Positions 38,944-46,548 of a stretch of DNA of 64,000 nt are shown here, in pieces. Both the position numbers and the translations under genes were made by a program. Positions within the stretch are counted from its first letter, which is position 1. Each line of letters begins with the position of its first letter. Under the pieces are notes generated by a model. The model did no database searches, was not told where the DNA came from, and was given only the letters and a program-made list of their open reading frames with translations. The DNA comes from Burkholderiales bacterium (GTDB taxonomy: Bacteria; Pseudomonadota; Gammaproteobacteria; Burkholderiales; SG8-41). Location: NCBI GenBank assembly GCA_043743335.1, contig JAYTWR010000149.1, positions 11,924 through 75,923 on the forward strand, in the 5' to 3' direction.

Positions 38944-39047
38944 ATGACTTCCCCTTTTCTGGTTTGACCCGTGCTGCTGGACCCCCTCGGTCGCGGCATT
39001 CAGGTTTAGCGTGCTATTTTACCACAAATTAAAATGCCCTACATACA

Positions 39048-39075
39048 AAAAATCATTTAAAAACAGATACTTAGG
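39048..39075 (+). repeat. AT-rich junction element, degenerate copy (core 39061-39073, 2 mismatches)
   Basis: AAAATCATTTAAAAACAGATACTTAGGG aligns to the 13871 and 61684 copies; lies in the fabG-acpP spacer. Confidence 0.5.
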
Positions 39076-39083
39076 GTTTTCGA

Positions 39084-39830
39084 TTACGTCATATCCATGC
39101 CACCGTTGACGTGCAGCGTCGCGCCAGTGATATAGGCCGCGCCTGGCGAGGCCAAAAACACGACCGCCGCCGCCACATCGGCAGCCTCTCCCAAACGCCC
39201 TAGCGGAATCTGCGTCATCAGGGCTTTACGTTGATCGTCGGACAGGCTGCGTGTCATATCGGTATCGATAAAGCCCGGTGCGACGCAGTTCACGGTGATA
39301 TTGCGGCTGCCGATTTCACGCGCCAGCGATTTGGAAAATCCGATCATGCCAGCCTTGGCCGCCGCGTAATTGGCCTGTCCTGCATTGCCCATCTCGCCCA
39401 CCACCGAGCCGATGTTAATAATGCGCCCGCTGCGCGCTTTCATCATGCCGCGCAACACGGCCTTGGACAGCTTGAACACCGCCTTGAGATTGGTGGCCAG
39501 CGTGTCGTCCCACTCATCGTCTTTCATGCGAATCAGAAGATTGTCGCGCGTGATGCCGGCGTTATTCACCAAAATGGCGATGTCGCCGAAGCGCTGCGTC
39601 ACATCCGCCAGCACGGCGTCGATTTGCGCGGCGTCGGTGACGTTGAGCGTCACCCCCGCGCCCTGTATGCCGGCCTCAGACAGCGCTTGGGAAATGGTTT
39701 CCGCACCGGCCGCTGAAGTCGCCGTGCCAATGACTGTAGCGCCAGCCTTGCCGAGCGCCAGCGCTATCGCCCGACCGATGCCGCGTGTCGCGCCGGTCAC
39801 CAACGCCACCTTGCCGGCCAACGCGGTCAT
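39084..39830 (-). CDS. fabG: 3-oxoacyl-ACP reductase
   Basis: LVTGATRGIGRAIA, NNAGITRD, YAAAKAG. Start at MTALAGK overlaps the fabD stop. Confidence 0.93.
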   Translation of the reverse strand: MTALAGKVALVTGATRGIGRAIALALGKAGATVIGTATSAAGAETISQALSEAGIQGAGVTLNVTDAAQIDAVLADVTQRFGDIAILVNNAGITRDNLLIRMKDDEWDDTLATNLKAVFKLSKAVLRGMMKARSGRIINIGSVVGEMGNAGQANYAAAKAGMIGFSKSLAREIGSRNITVNCVAPGFIDTDMTRSLSDDQRKALMTQIPLGRLGEAADVAAAVVFLASPGAAYITGATLHVNGGMDMT

Positions 39831-40756
39831 TTCATCGCCTCCAGCGCCGCTGCCAAAGACGCCGGATCGATGATGGCAAAACTTTGCAGACGCTTGTCGA
39901 TACGCCCCGTCATACCCGACAACACCTTGCCCGGCCCGCACTCCGCCACGTGGGTCACGCCGGTGCCGGCCATGTGCTTGATGACTTCTACCCAGCGCAC
40001 GGGGTTGCAGGCTTGGCGCGCGAGCGCCGTCTTGATTGCGGCAGGATCACTCACTACAGACACATCGACGTTATTCACCACCGGAATCTGCGGCGCGTTG
40101 AAGGTGACGTTTTTCAGGTAATCCGCCAGTCGGTCGGCGGCGGGTTTCAGCAGCGACGAATGAAACGGCGCACTCACCGGCAACGGCAACGCGCGCCTCG
40201 CGCCACGTGCTTTGCACGCGGCCATACCACGTTCCACTGCCGCTTTGCTGCCCGCGATCACCACTTGGCTAGGCGCGTTGAAATTGACGGCTTCGACGAC
40301 CTCGCCTTGACAAGCCTCGGCACACGCGGCGCGCACGCCGTCGTCATCCAGTCCCAAAATCGCCGCCATCGCGCCGGTGCCCATGGGCACGGCTTCCTGC
40401 ATGGCTTGTGCGCGAAATCGCACCAGCGGCACCGCGTCTTTAAACGCAATCACACCTGCAGCGACCAGCGCGGTGTATTCCCCCAAGCTGTGCCCCGCCA
40501 CCATCGCCGGCACTGCACCACCCGCCGCCTGCCACGCACGATACGTTGCATACGCCGCCGTCAGCATCACCGGCTGCGTATTCACCGTTGCGTTTAAGTG
40601 CTCGGCAGGGCCTTCCGCAACCAACTGCCACAAATCCTGCCCCAGCGCCTCGGAAGCCTCGGCGAAAGTATCTTTCACCACCGGCACTTCAGCAAACGGC
40701 TGCATCATGGCAACGGCCTGTGAGCCTTGACCGGGAAAAATCAGTGCCAATTTCAT
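39827..40756 (-). CDS. fabD: malonyl-CoA:ACP transacylase
   Basis: FPGQGSQ, GHSLGEY. Confidence 0.95.
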   Translation of the reverse strand: MKLALIFPGQGSQAVAMMQPFAEVPVVKDTFAEASEALGQDLWQLVAEGPAEHLNATVNTQPVMLTAAYATYRAWQAAGGAVPAMVAGHSLGEYTALVAAGVIAFKDAVPLVRFRAQAMQEAVPMGTGAMAAILGLDDDGVRAACAEACQGEVVEAVNFNAPSQVVIAGSKAAVERGMAACKARGARRALPLPVSAPFHSSLLKPAADRLADYLKNVTFNAPQIPVVNNVDVSVVSDPAAIKTALARQACNPVRWVEVIKHMAGTGVTHVAECGPGKVLSGMTGRIDKRLQSFAIIDPASLAAALEAMK

Positions 40757-40759
40757 GAT

Positions 40760-40808
40760 AAATTATTCAATAAAATCAAATAGTTAAATAGTTAAATCGT
40801 TAAATACG
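40760..40808 (+). repeat. AT-rich junction element, exact core (40774-40786), followed by an 8-bp tandem array
   Basis: TTATTCAATAAAATCAAATAGTT then AAATAGTT AAATCGTT AAATACG. It spans the whole fabH-fabD spacer, including the fabH stop. Confidence 0.85.
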
Positions 40809-41798
40809 AACCATGACTGCGCCCCAGGTAAACCCGCCGCCCACCCCTTCGAGCAGCACGTGCTGCCCCGGCTTGATGCGGCCATCACGCACCGCCGTGT
40901 CGAGCGCCAGCGGCACCGATGCGGCTGAAGTGTTGGCATGACGATCCACCGTGGTCACCACTTTGTCCATCGGCAACGCGAGCTTTTTCGCCGTAGCCTG
41001 AATGATACGGATATTGGCTTGGTGCGGTATCAGCCAGTCGATTTGCGATTTGTCCATGTGGTTGGCGACGAGCGCCTCGTCGGCCACCTCGCCCAGCACG
41101 CGCACCGCGAATTTGAACACCGCATTGCCTTCCATTTGCAACAGCGGCCGTCCGCTCACTTGCCCGCGATTCACGCTGCCCGGCACGGAAAGAATATGCG
41201 CGTGGCTGCCATCCGCATGCAAATGCGTGGATAAAATACCCGGCGTGTCGCTACGCCGCAAAACCACCGCGCCCGCGCCGTCGCCGAACAACACACAAGT
41301 GGTGCGATCCTGCCAATCGAGGATGCGCGAATACACCTCCGCGCCCACCACCAGAATATTTTGATACTGCCCCGAGCGCATGAAATGATCGGCCGTGGTC
41401 AGCGCGTAAACAAAGCCGCTGCACACTGCCTGCACATCAAACGCCGGACAATTTTTAGCGCCGAGCTTGGCCTGTAAAATGCACGCCGTGCTGGGGAACA
41501 CCATATCCGGCGTGGTGGTGGCGACAATAATCAGACTCAAATCCGCCGCATTGGTGCCCGCCGCTTCCAGCGCGCGCTGGCTGGCTTTGAGTGCGAGATC
41601 ACTGGCGAATTCGTGGTCCGCAGCGATGTGACGCTGGCGTATGCCGGTGCGGCTGAATATCCATTCGTCCGAAGTCTCGACGCTACCTTCGAGGTCTTTA
41701 TTGGAAAGCACCTTGGCTGGCAGGTAGCTGCCCGTGCCGACGATGCGCGAAAAGTGAGTCAAGTGAGGCGTCAGGTGAGGCGTCAATGGAGGCGTCAA
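40800..41798 (-). CDS. fabH: 3-oxoacyl-ACP synthase III (probable true start TTG at 41762)
   Basis: [11 protein letters not shown], active-site [16 protein letters not shown]. The longest ORF adds [12 protein letters not shown], encoded by a 12-bp tandem array. Confidence 0.92.
   Translation of the reverse strand: MTPPLTPHLTPHLTHFSRIVGTGSYLPAKVLSNKDLEGSVETSDEWIFSRTGIRQRHIAADHEFASDLALKASQRALEAAGTNAADLSLIIVATTTPDMVFPSTACILQAKLGAKNCPAFDVQAVCSGFVYALTTADHFMRSGQYQNILVVGAEVYSRILDWQDRTTCVLFGDGAGAVVLRRSDTPGILSTHLHADGSHAHILSVPGSVNRGQVSGRPLLQMEGNAVFKFAVRVLGEVADEALVANHMDKSQIDWLIPHQANIRIIQATAKKLALPMDKVVTTVDRHANTSAASVPLALDTAVRDGRIKPGQHVLLEGVGGGFTWGAVMVRI
41754..41798. repeat. 12-bp tandem array at the plsX-fabH junction
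   Basis: GTGAGGCGTCAG GTGAGGCGTCAA TGGAGGCGTCAA plus a partial unit. On the minus strand each unit starts with an in-frame TTG or CTG and encodes LTPH. Confidence 0.85.
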
Positions 41799-42859
41799 GC
41801 GGCAATTCCGTTATTCTGCGGCAGCGGTGCCTGCGCCTGCGACTGCACATGGATATGCGTCAGGCGCTCCGAGATATGCGCCAGCATGCCGGTGCGCACT
41901 TCTTCGACCGCGCGCCGCAACGCGCATTCAAAACTGTAGGCGTCCGCCGAGCCGTGGCTCTTCAACACAATGCCGCGCAAGCCCAGCAAACTCGCGCCAT
42001 TGTAGCCCCGATAATCCACGCGCTTTTTGAATGAATTTAGCACCGGCATCGCCACTATCGCCGCGAGTCGCGTAAAAATATTGCGGGCAAATTCTTCGCG
42101 CAAAAACGTGCGAATCAAATGCGCCAGTCCCTCGGCCGATTTCAGCGCGACATTGCCGACAAACCCATCGCACACCACCACGTCGGTGGTGCCTTTAAAA
42201 ATATCGTTGCCTTCGACGTTGCCGTAAAAATTGAGATCGCTGGCGCGCAGCAACTCGGCAGCGCGTTTCACCACCTCGTTACCCTTGATGTCTTCTTCGC
42301 CGATGTTGAGCAAGCCCACCGTCGGCGCGGTTTTGTGCTCCACGCAGGCCACTAACTCTGAACCCATGATGCCGAATTGCAGCAAATGCTCGGCAGTGCA
42401 ATCGACGTTCGCCCCGAGATCCAGCACATACACTTTGCCGGTGAGCGTGGGCATGATCGAGGCAATCGCTGGCCGGTCGATGCCCGGCAGCGTCTTCAAC
42501 ACATAGCGCGAAATCGCCATCAGCGCGCCCGTATTGCCCGCGCTCACAGCGGCCTGCGCCTCGTTGGATTTCACCAGATCGGCCATCACGCGCATGGACG
42601 AATCTTTCTTGGAGCGCATGGCCACTGCGGGCGGCTCATCCATGCCCACCACTTCGGAGGCGTGACGTACCACCAGCCGGTCGCCAAACGCGGCGGGGCT
42701 GGATTTATTGAGTTTGAGTTGCGCCTCGATTTCGGCAGCAAGGCCCACGAGGACCACCCCGGCGTCGGCGTCATCGCGCAGCAAGCCGAGCGCCGCAGGC
42801 ACTGTGACCGAGGGGCCGTGATCGCCCCCCATGCAGTCAACCGCTACCGTTACCCGCAT
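41795..42859 (-). CDS. plsX: phosphate acyltransferase PlsX
   Basis: [16 protein letters not shown] and CDGFVGNV. The upstream in-frame extension to 42943 has no support. Confidence 0.92.
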   Translation of the reverse strand: MRVTVAVDCMGGDHGPSVTVPAALGLLRDDADAGVVLVGLAAEIEAQLKLNKSSPAAFGDRLVVRHASEVVGMDEPPAVAMRSKKDSSMRVMADLVKSNEAQAAVSAGNTGALMAISRYVLKTLPGIDRPAIASIMPTLTGKVYVLDLGANVDCTAEHLLQFGIMGSELVACVEHKTAPTVGLLNIGEEDIKGNEVVKRAAELLRASDLNFYGNVEGNDIFKGTTDVVVCDGFVGNVALKSAEGLAHLIRTFLREEFARNIFTRLAAIVAMPVLNSFKKRVDYRGYNGASLLGLRGIVLKSHGSADAYSFECALRRAVEEVRTGMLAHISERLTHIHVQSQAQAPLPQNNGIAA

Positions 42860-42965
42860 CTGAAACTGGCTTGGGTGGTTCGCCGGGATTTCACTGAGGC
42901 ATCGCCTGAACGTCGCGCAGACGTCGCGCGGACGTCGCTGCAACCGCGAGCCTGCTCAAGCGCGG

Positions 42966-43145
42966 CTTACTCGCCTTTGGCTTTGAGAACCTTCTTGCCA
43001 CGATAAAAACCGTTCGGGCTAATGTGATGACGCAGGTGCACCTCACCCGTGGTCGGCTCCAGCGCCAGCGGCGCTACGTCCAGTGCTTGATGCGCACGAT
43101 GCATGCCGCGCTTAGACGGCGATTTTTTGTTTTGCTGAACAGCCA
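42966..43145 (-). CDS. rpmF: 50S ribosomal protein L32
   Basis: My own translation gives [19 protein letters not shown]...[20 protein letters not shown] (59 aa, below the ORF-track cutoff). GAAGGAG SD. Confidence 0.9.
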
Positions 43146-43160
43146 TTTCACTACTCCTTC

Positions 43161-43190
43161 GATTAACGGGATATTAACGGGATACTAACT
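43161..43190. repeat. 11-bp tandem repeat x2.7 in the rpmF 5' leader
   Basis: ATTAACGGGAT ATTAACGGGAT ACTAACTG, immediately upstream of the rpmF SD. Confidence 0.85.
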
Positions 43191-43199
43191 GGGGTTACG

Positions 43200-43228
43200 T
43201 TATAACTAATTGATTTTAATAAATATTA
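43200..43228 (-). repeat. AT-rich junction element, exact core (43202-43214)
   Basis: TATAACTAATTGATTTTAATAAATATTAT in the yceD-rpmF spacer. Confidence 0.85.
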
Positions 43229-43301
43229 TTATCTGAACGATACAGGCGCAAGTTCACAACCTGCCCTCACTTTCGCCAATCCGTTACCAAAACTTTACTT
43301 G

Positions 43302-43817
43302 CTACTTAATCTTCAGCGCGGACAACACGCTAAAAGCCGTCACATTTTGACTACCGCCATCCGCTGCCACGCGGGTGGCCTTTGCCACACACGTGCCTTC
43401 TTCATGCCGCGGATACGGCGGCAACGCCAACAACACCTCATCCTCGATCAACGCAGTGACATCCAGCTCACCGCTTGCGACGATGCAATCCGGCTCGTCC
43501 GGATTATCACCCACAGCTTCATACTCGGCATCCAGCGCCTCAGCCGCTACCAAACGCAGCGCCGTGTCGATGGCGACGCGATGCGTCAAGCCCTCCAGAC
43601 AGCGCTGGCACTGCACCTGCACCACCCCGGTCACCCGCAAACGCAGCACCGGCCGCTCGCGACTGTCTGCGTCACCTGCCAAGGCATAGTCAAGATCACC
43701 GCCGTCGCCGAGCACACTTTCCACCAGCCGCGGCAAATCGGCCACGGCTATGGCGCCGGCCAAACGTCGCCGGTCCCGCACGAGTTTAAGGCTGTCTACG
43801 ATGATGGGTTTTGACAT
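43302..43817 (-). CDS. yceD: YceD/DUF177 family protein
   Basis: 171 aa with the CQRCLE...C pattern in the conserved position upstream of rpmF. Confidence 0.8.
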   Translation of the reverse strand: MSKPIIVDSLKLVRDRRRLAGAIAVADLPRLVESVLGDGGDLDYALAGDADSRERPVLRLRVTGVVQVQCQRCLEGLTHRVAIDTALRLVAAEALDAEYEAVGDNPDEPDCIVASGELDVTALIEDEVLLALPPYPRHEEGTCVAKATRVAADGGSQNVTAFSVLSALKIK

Positions 43818-43971
43818 AATTCACTTCGCCCGGCCCCACTTGCGCACCCGTTTTCGGGCGCGCGCAATCACGTGCGCAATCCCACACGCAATCCACACAA
43901 TGCCCGCAGCGCACGTAAACCATCAATGATAGTATTTCCACGCGCCTTTGTCAAAGCTGAAAATCAGAAAC

Positions 43972-43994
43972 TCGTTAAAAAGCAACTACTTAGC
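43972..43994 (+). repeat. AT-rich junction element, variant core AAGCAACTACTTA (43980-43992)
   Basis: TCGTTAAAAAGCAACTACTTAGC, about 32 nt upstream of the maf ATG. Confidence 0.5.
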
Positions 43995-44025
43995 TCAATC
44001 CCATGCCGTCAAAATCGCGCTACTC

Positions 44026-44610
44026 ATGCCCGCCCGCCGGTTAATTCTGGCTTCCTCGTCGATTTACCGGCGCAGCCTGCTTGACCGCCTAGGCCAGACT
44101 GTCGTGTGCGTCGCGCCCGATATCGACGAATCGCCACTGGCCCATGAGCGCCCGGCAGACACCGCGCTGCGCCTTGCGCTGGCCAAGGCGCAAGCCGTCG
44201 CCAGCACGCACCCAAGCGCATTGATCATAGGCTCCGATCAAGTGGCCGAACGCAACGGTGCCCCCATCGGCAAGCCCGGCACCCACGCCAATGCCGTGCA
44301 GCAACTGCAAGCCATGCGCGGCAAACGCGTGGCCTTTCACACCGCGCTGTGCCTGCTCGACGCCGCCAGTGGCCGACATCAACGCGAAAACGTCATCACC
44401 ACCGTGCATTTTCGCGATCTCAGCGACGCACAAATCGAAAGCTACCTGCAACGTGAAAAGCCCTACGACTGCGCCGGCAGCGCCAAAATCGAAAGCCTCG
44501 GCATTGCACTGGTTCACGGCATCCACTGTGACGACCCCACGGCCTTGATCGGCCTGCCGCTGATCGCGCTGGTCAGCATGCTCAAGCGCGAAGGGGTAGA
44601 AGTTGTTTAG
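44026..44610 (+). CDS. maf: Maf-like nucleotide pyrophosphatase
   Basis: LILASSSIYRRSLL, GSDQV, KPYDCAGSAKIE. Start at MPARR; the TTG-extended ORF from 43948 is AT-rich element sequence. Confidence 0.85.
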   Translation: MPARRLILASSSIYRRSLLDRLGQTVVCVAPDIDESPLAHERPADTALRLALAKAQAVASTHPSALIIGSDQVAERNGAPIGKPGTHANAVQQLQAMRGKRVAFHTALCLLDAASGRHQRENVITTVHFRDLSDAQIESYLQREKPYDCAGSAKIESLGIALVHGIHCDDPTALIGLPLIALVSMLKREGVEVV

Positions 44611-44635
44611 CCTTAAGCCAACGCGGCGAATACCT

Positions 44636-44656
44636 TGTAACTATTTGATTTTATAC
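44636..44656 (-). repeat. AT-rich junction element, exact core (44638-44650)
   Basis: TGTAACTATTTGATTTTATAC sits just after the maf stop, where the Bug pseudogene's signal peptide should be. Confidence 0.8.
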
Positions 44657-44680
44657 GGATTTTTAACATCAACCAGCCAA

Positions 44681-45120
44681 GCCGCTGACACCTACCCCGC
44701 AAAAAGCATACGCCTCATACACGGCTACGCCTCCGGCAGTTCTATGGACCTCAACGCCCGAGCCGTCGCGCAAAAACTCGCCGAAGCGCTGGGTCAGCAA
44801 ATCATCGAATGCTGCACGTGCCGTATCGCGGCGGCGGCACCACCGCCATCACCGATCTCGTCAGCGGCCGCGTCGATATGATGTGGAACAACCTCGCCTT
44901 CCTGCTGCCGCAGGTGCAAATCGGCAAACTCAAAGCGCTCGGCGTCACCGGCGTGCGCCGCATCTCCAGCATCAAGCACGTGCCGACCATCGCCGAAAGC
45001 GGCCTGCCCGGCTATGAAATCGCTGGTTGGCAAGGCCTACTCGGCCCCGCTGCGCTGCCGAAAGACATCGTTGCGCGACCGCAAAGCGCGCTGGTGAAAA
45101 TCTTTGCGCAACCTTGCTAG
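44681..45120 (+). pseudogene. Bug/TctC-family receptor, internally deleted and frameshifted
   Basis: N-terminal piece (TYPAKSIRL...LGQQIIE) joins out of frame near 44800 to the mid/C-terminal piece (LHVPYRGGG...GWQGLLGPAALPKDIV). About 110 aa are missing and there is no signal peptide. Confidence 0.7.
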
Positions 45121-45141
45121 CAGAGCGCGCAAATGCCGCCG

Positions 45142-45426
45142 TCAATCCGCTTGAAAAAGCCGCTTGATAACGCGCCATCTCAAACCAAAATCCGCGTCGC
45201 TTTCAGGGAGTTGCCAAACGTCATGCAAATGATCCGGCATCACGCAATACGTAATACGTAATACGTAATACGCCAGCGAGCGGAATGCGTGGCCTGCCTG
45301 TGCAACCCAAAACGCATTGCGCAGGCGATCAATCTCCGTTACCCGCATGCGGCTTTCGCAATCGGCAAGATTGACCGTGAAAAAGAATGTCCCACCCGAG
45401 GCGAGACTTCGTCGATAGCGCGACAT
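45142..45426 (-). pseudogene. RayT/IS200-like (Y1 HUH) transposase, N-terminal fragment
   Basis: MSRYRRSLASGGTFFFTVN...PDHLH..W.LPESDADF..RW matches the REP-associated tyrosine transposase N-terminus. It ends at 94 aa, lacks the catalytic Tyr region, and carries a 7-bp tandem expansion. Confidence 0.7.
45242..45274. repeat. 7-bp tandem repeat (ACGTAAT) x4.7 inside the RayT-like fragment
   Basis: ACGCAAT ACGTAAT ACGTAAT ACGTAAT ACGCC. Three extra units insert 7 aa (YVLRITY) next to the HUH motif. Confidence 0.9.
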
Positions 45427-45438
45427 GAAGCACCGTTA

Positions 45439-45736
45439 TCACGCACGCTTGTTCGCGTGGGCACGCTGCGCTTTGCCTGCCCTTGCTTGCTTCACCGCCT
45501 CAATGATCGCGATCTCGTGCTTTAAAAGATCATTGGCCAGCGCCGACACCGGCACCCCCTTGCGCCCCCTTGCGTTGTGCTAGGTGCGCAAGATACGCCT
45601 GCACCTCGGCATCCAGATACACCGGCAGATTAAGCTTTGCATTCGGTCGATAAAACTGCCCGCGCACCCCTCCTCTGAAATCGATCTCGGCAGGCATATC
45701 CCCATCATTGCTGGGGGGCTGGTTCGCTGCGCTCAT
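45439..45736 (-). pseudogene. RHH/CopG-type antitoxin-like gene disrupted by a 10-bp tandem duplication
   Basis: The annotated frame ends ...AQRKGAQGGAGVGAGQ*. Removing one copy of CGCAAGGGGG restores ...AQRKGVPVSALANDLLKHEIAIIEAVKQARAGKAQRAHANKRA*, which ends at 45439. Confidence 0.6.
45555..45574. repeat. 10-bp tandem duplication causing a frameshift
   Basis: CCCCCTTGCG CCCCCTTGCG. Confidence 0.9.
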
Positions 45737-45753
45737 CGCATCACTGGGTTGGT

Positions 45754-46182
45754 TCAATCGGCGCGGATCACCGCCAGCGCCTGCGCCGCCGGCACAATGC
45801 GCATGCCTCGACACTGCTTCAGATTCAGCAAATCCGAGTCGCCCGACACGATGGCGTCGGCTTGCGCCGAGAGCGCGCAGGCGATCACATGATCGTCATC
45901 GGCATCGGCGGTGACGATACCCTCGATGATTGCCGTTGCCGCAAAATTCACGATGGCGATATAGCGGGCCACGCACCGATCCGCCGTTTCACCGCTGACG
46001 GTTAAGCGCTTGACCAACTTCGGATAAGCCAGCACCTCGCGCAACTCCGCCACCAGCACCGCGCTGGTGTAAAGCTCAGCGGCGCCATCAAGCGCCGCAT
46101 CCAACAAGCGGCGTGGCGGGCCATTCCACAACAGCCCCGAAATAACCGTATTCGTATCCAGCACCAGCCGCAGCGTGGGCAT
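45754..46182 (-). CDS. PIN-domain toxin (TA system)
   Basis: LVLDTNTVISGL, ...DDDHVIACALSAQADAIVSGDSDLL. Its start overlaps the upstream antitoxin stop. Confidence 0.8.
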   Translation of the reverse strand: MPTLRLVLDTNTVISGLLWNGPPRRLLDAALDGAAELYTSAVLVAELREVLAYPKLVKRLTVSGETADRCVARYIAIVNFAATAIIEGIVTADADDDHVIACALSAQADAIVSGDSDLLNLKQCRGMRIVPAAQALAVIRAD

Positions 46183-46427
46183 CAGCCCGTGCCGCGTTGG
46201 CGCCGCTCGGCACGATAAGCGCGCACCTCGGCCACGATCTCCTGCTCGATCTCGTCCGTGAGGGGTTCCGGCATGCGCGCCCACATCTCGCGTAACGACT
46301 CGCCAGCCCTGCGGCGCTCCTCCTGAGTGGCCAGAAAGCTCACAAAATCAGCCACCTGTCCCAAGCGTTCAGGCGACAGAATCTTTAACTTCTCAATCAG
46401 CGCTTCGGCAGTAATCGGGGCATTCAT
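46182..46427 (-). CDS. putative antitoxin (DUF2281-like) of the PIN toxin
   Basis: 81 aa, LIEKLKILSPERLGQVADFVSFLA; translationally coupled to the PIN gene (TGATG overlap). Confidence 0.6.
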   Translation of the reverse strand: MNAPITAEALIEKLKILSPERLGQVADFVSFLATQEERRRAGESLREMWARMPEPLTDEIEQEIVAEVRAYRAERRQRGTG

Positions 46428-46548
46428 GGGCAACCTCCTGAGCAGCGCTGTACGCCGCAAAAACCAAACCCGAATCATCATACCACTCGCACCACCCCCC
46501 ACGATCAGTCAGCGCGTAACCCGCCCTACGGGTTGCTCGGACGGCGAG

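Noticed and set aside
41763-41798. FabH N-terminus [12 protein letters not shown] from the longest ORF
   Set aside because: The extension is entirely tandem-repeat sequence that begins at the plsX stop codon. The canonical FabH N-terminus begins at the TTG at 41762, so the longer form is treated as unproven rather than annotated.
45142-45426. The idea that the AT-rich junction element is the REP substrate of the RayT-like transposase
   Set aside because: The element has no hairpin-forming inverted repeat and none of the GC-rich palindromic structure typical of REPs. The transposase fragment is not flanked by copies. The co-occurrence in this window is probably coincidental.
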